Shown in pieces: positions 1 through 12,854 of a DNA stretch of 64,000 nucleotides. The notes beneath the pieces were generated by a model. That model had not been told where the DNA came from and searched no databases. It worked only from the letters and a program-made list of their open reading frames with translations. Source of the stretch: Ramazzottius varieornatus (taxonomy: Eukaryota > Animalia > Tardigrada). Positions within the stretch are counted from its first letter, which is position 1, and the number at the start of each line of letters is the position of its first letter. The position numbers and the translations under genes were made by a program. The stretch lies in contig BDGG01000003.1 in assembly GCA_001949185.1 (NCBI GenBank), positions 1,524,725 to 1,588,724 on the forward strand, written 5' to 3'.

Positions 1-416
1 GGGAAGTGCTACAAGGAAATTAATCATGGTAAATGTTTTTTAGAGCACGTAGAGCAGGTTTTCGAAGTCGAGATCGACAAAGGCCAGTTCATGGCGAGGA
101 TGAATAGCAAATTATATCGCCTTCGAAACAAACTGCGGAAACAGTCGACGGATGATCCATCAATCTTCCCAATTTAGGTTTTTCGTTAACCTTTTATAAG
201 AACGAAGTTGATTGTTGGTTTTCGACACTTACTGCTCGGTACTTTGAGCCCGTGACACTGTATTCGGGGCTTCGGCAAAATGAAACAACATCATCACAGA
301 CGTACACAACCATATATTCCCATTCTGTCAATGTTGATTAATCCGCGGTGTCTTCCGAAAATGGCTGAGACGACTCTTCTACAACTTGCTTCAGTGGGTG
401 TTCATGGTTGAACTTG

Positions 417-965
417 TTATATGGCGCATTCAACCTCGTATAATACTCGGCAACATCTTGGGTGATCAGGTCCATCCAGTCTGTCTTTTAGATCCTTGAA
501 TGTCGCACTGGCCGTTTCTGCGCTCAAGACCCAGCAGTCCCCCATCAGATCATACCTGGAAATACGTGACGATACGACACTCTTGCACTCAAAGGAATTT
601 TGGCGCGATCGACAAGACTTACAGATCGGTCGAGCAGTATTCAGGTTCCGCCAAGCGCAGTCCTCTCTGCAAGATTTCCTGCACGAACGTGTCGACATTT
701 TCTGCAATCTTTCGCTGTCCATAAGGAATCTTACCCAGCGAGAACATTTCCATAACAAGATCCCGTAGGACCAAACATCGCTACTCTCGTTGAAAGTCGA
801 ACTGAGGAATGCGCTGGGCGACATCCATGGGATGGGCAGCGCAATGCGAACCAGAATGTTCCGCGCTGCCAGATCTCGGTGCACAGTGGGTCGAGAAGCC
901 AACAATGGGTCGAGAATACCGCGAGCTACGTGGTACGCGAAGTTCATCAGGTCCTTCGTTGACAG
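417..965 (-). pseudogene. Receptor tyrosine kinase catalytic-domain relic (PVR/FGFR-like)
   Basis: Reads KDLMNFAYHVARG..VHRDLAARNILV directly followed by LPIPWMSP..SDVWSYGILLW. The DFG/activation segment is missing, there is a frameshift after ILLW, and no N-lobe is seen. Confidence 0.75.
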
Positions 966-1324
966 TAGAGCTTGATCTCAGGTTTCAGCTGCCAGCTCTC
1001 CGTACTGATCATTGCTTTCCTTCTCGCATGCCACTCTGTTGAGAGGCAAGAGGTGTCCGTCCTGATCAACGCGCTAGGACAGTCCATTCTTTGAGAAAAG
1101 ACTTGTCCGCGTCGGAGTTTTCTTGACTTCAGGGAATAAAGTTTTTACGTACGAGTACTCCTGTGCACGTGCACGTGCACGAACTACCTGGCAAAGAGCG
1201 GATACTGATTGGTTGATTTGCGATGGCTTATCGATAGCACAAAAGTCATTCCGTTACGTATAGCGCCGATCGTTTCGACTTTTCGTGGTCTTATTTCACA
1301 AGCTGCGATCGAGTATCTTGCATA

Positions 1325-4300
1325 ATGGACGGCGAACATGGAGTCGACGAGCACTGTGCTGAATCGGTTTACAGTTCGCCGTTATCGCTGGACTTCCGAC
1401 GGCTGTGCCTTATCTTGGATCCGACGGAATCAAAGACGCCATCCTCCTGGCACAACATCGTCGACAGAAAAGCCCGCACAGTCACATTCTTGCAAGCCGA
1501 TTTTGACCTTACTAAGCCATTCGTATCAAGGTGTGTTCGCCTTTCCTGTAACACATCTGCTGGTCATCATGAGATGCTGGAACCCATCGTACTTCTCGAC
1601 GACCAGGAGCAGCCGACCTCTTTTGTGCGTTCAATCTTGGGGAGAAGCCATATTGACTCTGTGGAGGAGCTGACTACGCTTCTCAAGGCTGTTGAGACTG
1701 TGGATGTGTTCTCAGGCACTGACGAAATAGTCAGGAACGCAGTGGACGACTTTGATGCCAGGTATGAACGCGCTGAACAGAATATCGTGTGTAGCGTTTC
1801 GTGGAAGTGTGACGTCAGTGTAGAGTACGCCTTGTCGTTCGGTTCTGTGGGTCAGTTTGACCGAAGTTGTGACGTCGTAGGATCCACTGTGCCGATTAAC
1901 GTGTGCTTGTCTCTAGTTGTAGGCTTCAGTTGGATCCTGCAGTGCGGAAGCTGTTTGCTGCTTTGGATAAAGACAAATACCCATCGAAGAATCCATCAAC
2001 AGTAAAACATTCAACGAACACAGACTACATGAATTATCTGTCACCACGTAAGAAGACCTCTCGTAGAGCTAGGGAATGGGCCTGTGCGCAACAAGTGGAC
2101 GAACCTGAGACACCTGCTCAACCTTCCCCAGCCATCTCCGAGGAACCTGCTGATGTCGAGCCGGTATCCGAAGAACCTGAGATCTACACGATAAATGAAA
2201 GTGACGACGACGATTGGTTGCCTCCTGGGAAGAGAAAAAGTGATGGGTCAGCTGTGATGCGAGGATCTCCGCTCGCTGCGAGGTTGTCGAGAAACAGTAA
2301 GTTCGGTCATATCAATATCAGTACGTTTTTCGTCCATTTATATCGCACAATGTTGTTTAGTTTCAGGCTATCAGGAGAAGAAACTGCCAGCATTGCTGCC
2401 GAAAAGAAACCCAAATTTACCGACAGGGAGGTTCGATAAGGTCGGCGTTCCCGAACAGCCCAGTGTGCGCGTCTCGTTTCCGCGGACTACCCCTTCCCCT
2501 ACCCAAAAGCCCAGCTCAGTACCAACCAAACATGTAAAATATGGTATCAGCTCCGTGTTTGCTTCAATCCGAATGCGTCACACCTTTTCGAACGTCGTCG
2601 CTGATAAGCTTGTGGGTAAAAGTAATTCCCCAGAAGACTCAGCGAGGCTCAATCAGGCACTTCGTGGACCCATCGCGAGCTCTATTCAGAGCATACCAAA
2701 ACCACACAAGGTGCCTGTCGGTACGAGTGTGACTGTATCCGTGACGGACATTCTGGCGCAGATGCCGTCGGTAGCGACAGTGGCTGGAACCGGTGCGGGT
2801 ATTGCGAGTTGATGGAGAAGTGCTACTGGAACACTCCCGGAGAAGGACAGATGCTCCTCATGCCAGGATCTCACATCCATATATACGCCTCAGTCCTCGA
2901 GGACCTGAAAAGCCGATACGGTCCCGCGAGGGAGCGGAAGGGTTAGAAATACCACCATCATTTGTTTCATCATCTCGCTGGTGGTTGGGACAAAGTCGTT
3001 AGATTCAAGAAGGAACTTATAGGGGTCGATTGGATACTGGGTCGAAAGTTCCTTGACGCTTTAGCAGGTATAACTCATTTCAATAATATTACACTGTGTG
3101 TTGTATTTTCAGCCGTAGCTGTTTTTGTTGTTTGTTGGTGTACCATAACAGTCAACAGCCAGAATTTGAAGATCTAAGATATTGGGTAAGATACTCGTAC
3201 TCGTATTGCGTGTTTGATGGGAGACTGTTCTTAGATCATGTGGACGCCTTGTTCACCAGCAAGATGAACAGAGCCGAAACCAGGAGAATATTGAACAGAT
3301 CCTTGCTGACATCTCAACGAGAAATGAAACCTGGAAAACGCAAGAGAGAGTCCACATCTGTGGGGAAGACCCGGAGCACGCATCAGACGGACGCGGAAGT
3401 GAGCGTAGACGATGATGAGGCTCAGCACGGTCCGCACAAGGAAGCCTCAGGCGTCTGACGACGGGCTCACAGAAGACTCTGAAGTTATCGCAAAGAGAAA
3501 AGGTATATGCGGTAACTTCTGTCTCGGTTTGGTGTTTAGAACGCTAACTGGTTTCATAACTGCGAGTTTTGAAGGGTTTTTGTCGACTTGCTACTGGACT
3601 ACACCAGGGGATGGTAAAGTTCAGCTGTGTCCTGGTTTTGATGTCTATGTCTACCAGCAAAGCTTGACAGATTTCCGGCAGCAGTTCGGTCCTCTTGGCG
3701 CTCGTGGGGCTGCGTCGGCTTCTTGCTGGAGTAAATACTCCGCCACTCTGCTTGCATACCTCAGTGGGGGATGGGACGTTGTCATCAAGGACAGAAGGCC
3801 ATCGCAGGGACACAGGGCCATACTAGGTCCCGATGTCTTTCGAGCTGTGGCAGGTGGGCTGAGAGCTACAGTTTTATGACCATACGTTGCTGTTGATGCT
3901 CTCTTCTCGCACAGTGTGATGTTGTTTTGTGCTTTTCGCTGTTTGCTACGGGCATTTTATTTTTGTAAAACTTTTTCAGGCCACATCAAAGAGCTGTTCG
4001 GCGTCGAGAATGACATGGAGCATCCTGTTAACAGAGTGCGTTTGGCCTGGAGCAACTCCGTGTCACAAGTGAGGCCCAAGACCAAATCCTGCCTTGCCGA
4101 CTCTCACGCAGAGAAGAGCCAAGTGTTTTCAGGTGCGTTTGAAATTTTCAGTACGCGAATCAGGACACCCAAGTGGACGTTTCACTGGTCTTTCCAACAC
4201 AGAATATTTGGCGACCTGTTACTGGAAGACGCCAGGTGCAGACAAAATTCCCCTGCACCCGGGCTTTGAAATCTATGTCTACCCGGCAATCCTGGAAGAC

Positions 4301-5484
4301 CTCAAAACTCACTACGGACCCGGAACACCCCATTACGGCAAGGATGGGTGGGGTAGATATGCGTCTCGTCTATTCGTAAACCTCGTCGGTGGATGGGACA
4401 ACCTGATGAAGTATGAACGGCCCAACGTTAGCATCGGTAGAATGATGGAGGGCGACTTTTTCTACGCTATGCTTGGTATGAATTCCACTTTTTCAGTGTA
4501 CACGCAGTAAGAGAAAGTGCGAAGACACGCCTTGCTGACTGCTGTCTAACTTGCCCTTTAGGGCATTTGCGCGAGCTCTTCAAAACCAAGATGACAAAGC
4601 GAGAGTTTGCGGCGACGTTGGAGGGCATCTTTATGCATTTCCGCCGGTACCAATACCTTCCCGAACCACGGGCTGAAGCTGAGACCGAAGCTCAAGTTGA
4701 TGATTGCCGCCAACCTGAGACTCAACGTAGACAGTCTGTCGCGAATACCGAACCTGCCAACGTTTCCCCGAACAAAGGGAGCGCGCTCTCTCTTTTAGAA
4801 CCCATTGGTAAGAGCTAAATTATAGTATTACTGAGCAGGGGTAAAAACTTAAGTGTAGGAAATGACAGGAAAAGTTTCACGTTATAGGTATGTACGAAGG
4901 ACCATGCGGAGACCGGGGTGGGGGTTAGGACAAGTATTATTGGTCATCTCCGGCCGATGATAGGGTACCTGGTGCCCCGGATACGGAATCTATGTGTACC
5001 GGAGAGTTCTCGAGGAGCTTGTGAAGGAGTTCGGCCCCAAACATTATGGTAAAACCCAGTGGAAGCGGTATGCGTTTCGTCTTCTGAATCACCTTATTGG
5101 CGGCTGGCAGAGCTTTCTGAAAGACATGCCTGTAGCTATCCGTAGAACGAATAGCACGATAAGTTTATGGAAGGTTCTAGGGTTGGATTTCGGCCGCGCC
5201 CTATCAGGTATTGACACAACGAAAATTATTACACGTCCACGACTATTGGTGACAGCTACAGTGGTGCTCAATGAATATTATGGGTTTTTGCAGAACATAT
5301 CCAAACGGTTTTTGATATCGAGCTCGCGAGGAGCGAGGTTGTCGCGCAACTGAATTTCAGGTTGCATCAAAAACTTGGGAGCATGCGAAAGAAAGGGAAG
5401 AAACAGAAGAACATTGCGCTAGAGGATGCTCATTCACCGGAAGATAGTGAGGAGAGGAGCGGTCTTCCGAGTGTGGTGGCGTAA
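1325..5484 (+). pseudogene. Paralog A: unassigned N-terminal domain + 4 BEN-like repeats; probably disabled
   Basis: Exon 1 1325-1761. Repeats (YW.TPG..K.PL.PG..YVY...L....GP...W..Y...L...L.GGW) start at ~2812, 3575, 4203 and 4930. In-frame TAG at 2944-2946, 1-nt frameshift near 4970, stop at 5482-5484. Confidence 0.7.
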
Positions 5485-6052
5485 AACGAGAATTCCATTT
5501 TTGGTCCAGCTGTTGGACTCTGACCATCTTTTACCGTCGTTTCTTTTGCTCCACTGAGTAACATTGTAGGAACTCGTCTTTTCCGAACCTCGGTGGATTT
5601 TAGACCGAACGCATCAACCTTTGCTCAATTGTCAATACAGTATTGTCCTAATAATGTTGATTCTACTGGAATTATCGGTTATTTGATAGAACTGTAGATT
5701 TCACGTGCCTTAACAGACTAGCCTTCAGTCCTTCACCGTACTACATGATATGTATTGCTCGAACTGGCTGGATGTTTTCGTAACAACGTCCGAATGCATG
5801 CGGAAGTCCCACGCCATTTGGAGTCAGGACGGTGGTCAGTGACATTGCCAGAAAACTGGTCCAGTGATGAGTGATCGACTGAAACTGCTGGCCTGCGCTG
5901 AATGTCTGATCGGTCTCTTTTTTTCTATACTGCATAGTGCTTACTGCTTAGCGCTTACTGCTGCGCATACATCCAGAATCTGACATCCATGCTTATCTTC
6001 TTGTATCATTCAAGAGTAAGCCCAATATTTTACGTCCACTGATCGCCAGAAG

Positions 6053-7957
6053 ATGGAGGATGGATACGGTAGCCATGAGCGCGTTGATGATACAGCAGAC
6101 GGACCGTCATCTTCGTTTGACTTTAACCATGTTTGCAAGCTGCTAGATCCGAAAGACACCCCAACGAAACTATGGCATCGAATCATCGACAAAGTGGCAC
6201 GCGTCATTCTGTTCTACCAAGTGGAATACGAGTTCACAAAGCCGAAGATATCCCGATGTATTCGCCTTACCGTAGCCCTGACGAGAGACGGAACGAACAG
6301 CCTGTGCACAGTGGTGAAGCCAACAGTGTTCCTGAACGATCGTGAGCTACCTGTCTCCTTCGTCGAGTCTAAAATCCATCGGCATTACCTCAAATCCGCC
6401 GATGAACTGACGGGGCTTATCAATGCAGTGGAAGTTGAACCCGTGGAAGCCTACACGGACGAGCTGGACAGCCAACCGGACAGCAGGTGCGAAGTTTAAA
6501 ATTCATAGCTTACTAAATAAGCGGCGCATAGCGTCATGGAATTTGCGTTTGATGCTGCTGTATTATCTGACACCATGCGCGAATCGCCAGGGTGCGTCTC
6601 TTGATGCAGCATTGTGGTGTCAGTAACTTCGTGTGAATTTCCAGACTTGAGCCGGACCCGGCAGCTGAAAAGCTACAAGCCATCCTTCGAAGAACAAAGA
6701 ATCAATCCATTCGTGCCATCGCCGCAAGAGCTGCAGGGAAGGTGGATGGCCAAAACTCGCCGGTACAGCGGAGAAAGAATTCGCGCAGAGTCAAAGAACT
6801 ATCATGCGCGCAGCCAGCATCTGTTGACGAGCCGCAAGCCGCTTTGCCCCAGATCAGCGACGAACATAGTGAAGAGTCTCAGATTGCCACACCGAAAGTC
6901 ATACTGGCCACACCAACGACCGAACGCAGGATCCGGCCGAAACCGTCCGCGGGAACGAGAAAGTCTGGTGATGTCGAACGTGTCAGGCTGAGCCGGTTAA
7001 CTGACTCGGGTATTAAGTCAGTCTTCCAGACTGCGATGTCCTCCGTGAGACTCAAGGCAGCTTCTCCTCCTGAAACTTATACCCGTAAGCTTGTCTTTTT
7101 CTTGGATGACTGTCGCGTAAGACGACTATTAATCATTTTTTTAGGTTCCTTGAGACCGAGTACCCTGAAGAAGACCCAGAAGAAAGGCACGAACGAGGAC
7201 TCTGATGTCGAATCTGACACTGACAGTCCTCCATCATACTCTAGGAAAGGCAGTCCGGAACTGTATGGACCAGCCTACAAGAAAAGTAAGTTATGACACT
7301 CGAGACTGAAAGCTCGGGAGCTCGGCAAATAAACTTGACCAGATCGCTTTCCCAAGTGGCGCACGGTTCTAGCCAGTATCACCGAAATCTTGCGTCATTT
7401 GGGAAAACGATCTGGTAGAATTTGTTTGCCGAGCTCCCTAGTATGATTTGCTTTACTTTCAAAGATTCCCTGTAAGCCGAACGAAAAGTCTGTCGAACCA
7501 ACGCTTTCTTCTCGTGTTTAGAAAAGGTAGCGAAGTACAGTTGGTCGACTCCCAGCCAAGGCAGGGTTCCTCTTCATAGTGGGCATGACGTCTACATCCA
7601 TCATAATACGCTCCAAACGCTATCGAAGCGATGCGATCTTACAAAGACAAAGGAGTGGCCCAAATACGCGTTTCTCCTGCTTGAGCACCTCAGCGGGGGA
7701 TGGGCCGACTATTTTAAGAGAAAGAGCATAGGACCCGAAACTAAGTTCGGAATAGTACAAGCGTTTGGAGACGACTTGTGTGAGGCTCTAGTTGGTATGG
7801 AACTTATCATGAATGCCGGACTCTCTGGAATTCATCAATATGTAAAGAGTCTCGTTTTACAGGACATGTGGAGAAGGTCTTTCAAGCTCTGATTCCAAAG
7901 AGCGTGTTTGTGGATACTATGAACTCTGCGATAGCTGAGTACCGCGCGAACCCGTAA
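6053..7957 (+). CDS. Paralog B: unassigned N-terminal domain + 1 BEN-like domain
   Basis: FDFNHVCKLLDPKDTPTKLWHRIIDK; exon 2 starts RLEPDPAAEKLQAIL; BEN-like exon ~7522-7794 (KYSWSTPSQGRVPLHSGHDVYI..WPKYAFLLLEHLSGGW); last exon 7863-7957. Confidence 0.8.
7316..7438. mobile_element. 123-bp palindromic MITE-like element (family X), best-preserved copy
   Basis: GGGAGCTCGGCAAA...TTTGCCGAGCTCCC termini; inner CCCAAGTGGCGCAC-N25-TTGCGTCATTTGGG; intronic. Confidence 0.8.
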
Positions 7958-8116
7958 AACACATCGAAAGCTTGATAAATGAATATGCGGAACTAATGGA
8001 AGTACAAACGACAGATGTTTCTTATCCGAATTCCTAAACTCTAAATAATTGCCCCATTATCGAGAGCTTGACATGTTAGAGGATATATAAGAAAGAGCGA
8101 ATCGAGCACGAGAGTT

Positions 8117-8530
8117 TCACCTGGTGCTCCAGCGGGCTAGAGCGTCGAACATTTCTCGAGTCAGTTTCTTGTCTGCGTCCCACAGCTGCTCAACCTGGCC
8201 AGATTCTTTCAGAGCTTTCACTTTTACAGTGACATAGTGAAGCGCAGCAGTTTTCAAAACAGGTGCCGCGACCTTGTCAGCGAGTAAGACTGTGTCAGCC
8301 AACCGGAATGAGTATCAGTAGACGTGGACGGTCGCGGTTTCCGGAAGGTTGGGCACATAGAGATGTTCCAACCTGACGTTCCGATGACGGTTCTTTCCGA
8401 CCGCAGCAAAGAATGCTTCATCTTCAGAGCTGAGAAATTGGGAATAGTCCAGTCGATGGTGAGCTTGATATGTTCGTCAAAACATGAGACAGTCTCCGTT
8501 TTAGCCATCGCGGCGGAAACAGCCATCGTG
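8117..8530 (-). pseudogene. SPOP/roadkill-like MATH-BTB relic with internal deletion
   Basis: MATH start (LTIDWTIPNFSALK..GWNISMCP) is joined out of frame to a BACK-like tail (ADTVLLADKVAAPVLKTAALHYV..LTREMFDALA). The BTB core is absent. Confidence 0.65.
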
Positions 8531-8971
8531 CAGTAATCAGGGCAACACTTGTCGACAAGCAACAGCAAGAACGGTGATTTTTCGACGGAGTGGATCTGCG
8601 AAGAGCTGGAAGCAACGAGCAGAGGACCGTGCCGGATTCTCCCGCGCTGTTGGAGATCGAAATGCAAACTGTGGACATACGGCACAATGGCAGTAGGTCG
8701 ACTGACCAATGGTCAGCCGTGGCGGAACCATACAGCCCGCCAGACTCGAACTAACTGGCTCAGCGGGATACGGGTCACTCCTAGGGTTTAGACAACCCAA
8801 AGGGTTGCAGTAGTAGACACTTTGCAGCTGGCTTGATTCTTGATTGCCGAGCTCGCTGAAACAAAATGAATTTTCATTTTGATAATTTCGAGAACGGGGC
8901 AAAGTACTCCTGCCACTTCTGGTTCCAGTTTTGATTCTGCCATTGCTGTAACGACGCTACCTCGCGAAAAG

Positions 8972-11900
8972 ATGAACGATGAATCTGAGAGCGACGACTA
9001 CATGGATGGACTCGTCAACGAGTCTCCCAAACGGATCAGCTTCGACTATCTCTGCAGACTACTGGATCCCAAACAGTCAGAAACGCCGTTGTGGTACAAA
9101 ATCATCGACAGGACTGCTGGCATCCTACTCTTCTTCCAGATCGACTACGAGTCTCGCAAGCCTACAGTATCGAGATGCGTTCGCCTCACCAGAGAGAATT
9201 TGTCCAACTTGCGCGAGTTCTTGGAGGTAGCCATATTCCTTAATGGTCGTGAGTTGTCCCCTTCCGTTGTGGTGTCTCTTCTTGGTCGGAGTTACATTAA
9301 CACAACGGAAGAACTGACAAAAGTCCTTGATGAGTTCGAATCCGTGGACCTCTCGGAGCTCGTTGAGGACGATGAAGACAATACATTCGATGAATCCAGC
9401 AGCAGGTGCGAAAAAATGCAGACTCAATAGCATATAGATACCATGACGTCATGTGCGTCTTTCGTGGTAATGACTACGATCGCATTTCATTGTATAGCTA
9501 TCGTGACGTCGTGCATCGACTCGATCGAAAGTTAGTTAAAATTGTTTTACAGCGTTTCGATGTTTTAGGCTACAGTCGGATCCCGCGGTTCGGAAATTAA
9601 GAGCTGTTCTTGGAGAAGCTTCGACCGTTCAGCCAGCGTTATCAAAAAATGTCTCGAACAACCACGGAGACGACAGTCAGTCTGCACAGCGGAAGAATGA
9701 TCGTCGTGGTCTGAGAGAGCCTTCGCCGAAGCAACAGGTGGAAACGGACCAAACGGTTATTCCGGAGCTGGATATCCCGGACGTCGCTCTAGGTCTACCA
9801 CAGCTTAGCGATGACGAGGACGATAGGTATTCCGACAGGGGAAGTGTTGGAGCGCCTGCCCACGTGGGAGCAGAAACTTCCATAACGCAAGAGTCGTTGA
9901 AGCCACTGCTGTTTCCGGTCAAGAGGAAGCAAGATGAGACTGCAGTCAACGCTCCTCCCGAGCTGAATCTGGGAGTCGTGCAAGCGCTCATACCTTTACC
10001 GATCCTTTCAGCAGCTTCCGTGCTCCTGGACGTCGAAGAAACCTGTCCGGAACCTTCGCGGAACATGTCCAAAGCGAATAGTGAGCAAATCGGTGAGCAA
10101 TTTCTTTTTTTTATTTGAGTTATCTGATAATATCCGAATATAATTCTTAGTTCCTTCCGAAACGTACTACTGGAGTGCTCCGGGTGAGAACAAAGTACCT
10201 CTGCATCCAGGCTTCCTGATCTACGTTTATCGGAATATCCTGGAGGACCTCAAAGACCAGTTTGGTCCTGGAAAGCGAAGTCACTGGTCGAAATACGCGC
10301 ATCGCCTGGCTGTTCATCTTTTAGGTGGATGGGGGAAGATTCTCAAGAACGACAAGTGCCGGAATGGCTTTGAAGCAATGCTGGGAAGCGAATTCTTCAA
10401 AGCTCTGGCAGGTATAAAACTGACTACAGCTCGGCGGAGTAAATTGCGCTTGTATTGCATAGACCAGCGTACTCGTCGGTACATCGAATATACCGTATCA
10501 GTGTATGCAGGTCCAGTTGAACGCCCGCAATTTGTCATCCGAACTCCCTTTTTTGTCATTTCGTTTCCGGAATATCAGTCATTTATTTTATCATGTAGGA
10601 CATGTCCATCAGCTGTTCAGTACAGAAGTAACTAAAGAAGAGCTCCTGAAGAGGTTGGACAAGACTCTGAAGACATGTTTAGAAAGACATACAATCCGGA
10701 AACCTGCGCGTCCGAGACCGAAACCGAACCCGCCTTCTGCTTCTCCCATAGTAATGCTGAAAGCGGTCCCTGATAAACCGGTACATCCTACGACCAAAAG
10801 AAGGAGTACATCTCCCGTACCCTGCAAAGTGGTCCACGAGAAACCCACGCGAAGTCTACGTTCGCCGACTAAACGGATCTTTTCATACGACGTTGAACAA
10901 GACACACATAATTCTGACCGCGATCCCGAATATGATCCTGATCACTCCAGCGACGACGGCTCTGAAAATTCATACGAACCTGTCAAATCCAAGGTTCCTC
11001 GAAGCGCTAAAAAAACACATCAAACAAAGCGAGTCGCACCTCCAGTGGCCATTCATCTCGATCCCGAAGTGCGTCACTCTAAAGAGGCTTCAGCGGAACC
11101 TACAGAGAAAACCTCAACCAAGAGAAGTAGATTTGTTCTTTAACCCATTCTGTCTTTTGTTACTTCTGCCTAACGTTCTTTTAAATTCGCAGAGAAGTAC
11201 TACTGGATGAATCCAGGTGATGACACAGTGCCTGTTCGCGCCGGGTACAACGTTCATGTGTACCGCGGTATCCTCGAAGACCTGCAAAGTCAATACGGAC
11301 CTGGAAAAAATCCGTGGTACACCTACGCCCAAAAGTTGATCGTCCATCTCATCGGCGGGTGGGAGAACTACATCAGCGATACGGGCGTCATTCGAAGTCC
11401 TCTGTTCGACAAATATCTTGGCTCCGCATTTTGTCTGGCCATAATCGGTGCGTCTCTTACAGTATGTTTGCTTGTTGCTTTCGTTCATGTATATCTTTTC
11501 TGTTTTAGGCCATGTCCAGGAATTTTTCAACGTGAAGATCACGAAAGAAAATCTTTTGACGAAGCTGGCAGGCTCCGTCAGTACCTGCCGACAGAAAATG
11601 AAGCGACATCAGCTGAAGAGGCAAGGGGCCAAAAACCAAGTGATGGAACTCTTGGATATTAGCGAAACAACAGATGAAGCTCACAATGAACATTTAGCAA
11701 AGGATTATGACGCGGGTAATTTAACCGGAAAGTCCGACACGATGGTAGATTAAATTCCGACCTAGGCCAACCAACTCGACAAGATCGCGTATTCCCGTGG
11801 CGCATGACCACAGGTAATGACACCGGAAACGTGCGCCACTTGGGAAAAGGAGTTTATCGAGTTTGCTTGCCGAGCTCACCAGTTGTCTGAAGACTAAGGT

Positions 11901-12372
11901 TCCTTCCTCAGGTTACCCCGTACAGAGGTACGAGGGGGAGTGTCTGGAGAAATATTACTGGTCAATTCCCGGGGACGACAAAGTACCGTTGTGTCCCGGG
12001 TATAACGTCTACGTCAACGAGAAAATCCTTGAAGAGATCGGAAAGCTTTTTGGTCCCCCAAAGACTGACTGGAGTAGGTACATGCATCGCCTGATCAAAC
12101 ACCTTCTGGGTGGCTGGGAGAACTTCCTCAAAGACAAGAAGCCTGGAACAGGCCTGGTCTCCTCACTGGGGGACGACTTTTTTGTGGCGTTGGCAGGTAG
12201 ATTGCGGTGTCTTGGTTTCCGCAATTGGCACTGGTGACGAATGTGTGTTGCAGGTCATCTGCGAGAGCTCTTCAGGATTACAGTCACCAGGAACCTCGTG
12301 GTCGAGAAACTGAAGGGTTCCATGGCGCAGTATCAGCGCAAAATGCGGCTCAAGGAAAAAGCGCCATCCTAA
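8972..12372 (+). CDS. Paralog C: unassigned N-terminal domain + 3 BEN-like repeats
   Basis: ISFDYLCRLLDPKQSETPLWYKIIDR; exon 2 RLQSDPAVRKLRAVL; repeat exons ~10151-10411, 11193-11447 and 11911-12196, each completed by a GH(V/L)..LF exon; TAA at 12370-12372. Confidence 0.8.
11757..11879. mobile_element. Family X palindromic element
   Basis: GTGGCGCAT(11797)-N25-GTGCGCCAC(11831), ending TTGCCGAGCTC; lies in the intron before the last BEN exon of paralog C. Confidence 0.75.
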
Positions 12373-12854
12373 TGTTCAGTTCTTCGCAGGCACAATCTTG
12401 TGAGCTTCTTTTCATTGTTCGTCTGTCTTTGCGCCAGCCGCTAGTACGTAGGACTACTCTGAAAAATAACGGTTGCTTTTTCTCTTTGCAATGATGTTAC
12501 GATGACTCATGAAAGCGGCTGTGCTTCTGATACACGTAATGTTTCAACATGAAGTGAAGACAACTTTCTGGTATCAGCGTATACAGTAAACTGACTAAAG
12601 CTGCTCTCGCAAAACAATTAGGACTTGAGAAGGGAATTATGATTTCTGACAGACCCGGACCGTCATGGACGTCACCTCGGTGACCTCGCTCTCCGTACCC
12701 GCGGGGCCGCTGGGCTGGTGTTCACGCTGAACTTTGAACTTGAATTCTGATTCTTTGGCATTAGAACTTAGAATCACGCACGACTCTAGAGCTTCGTTTT
12801 CTAGGTGGAACTACAGTATATGAGTGCGAAACCTCGCATTCGACGATCGGGCAG

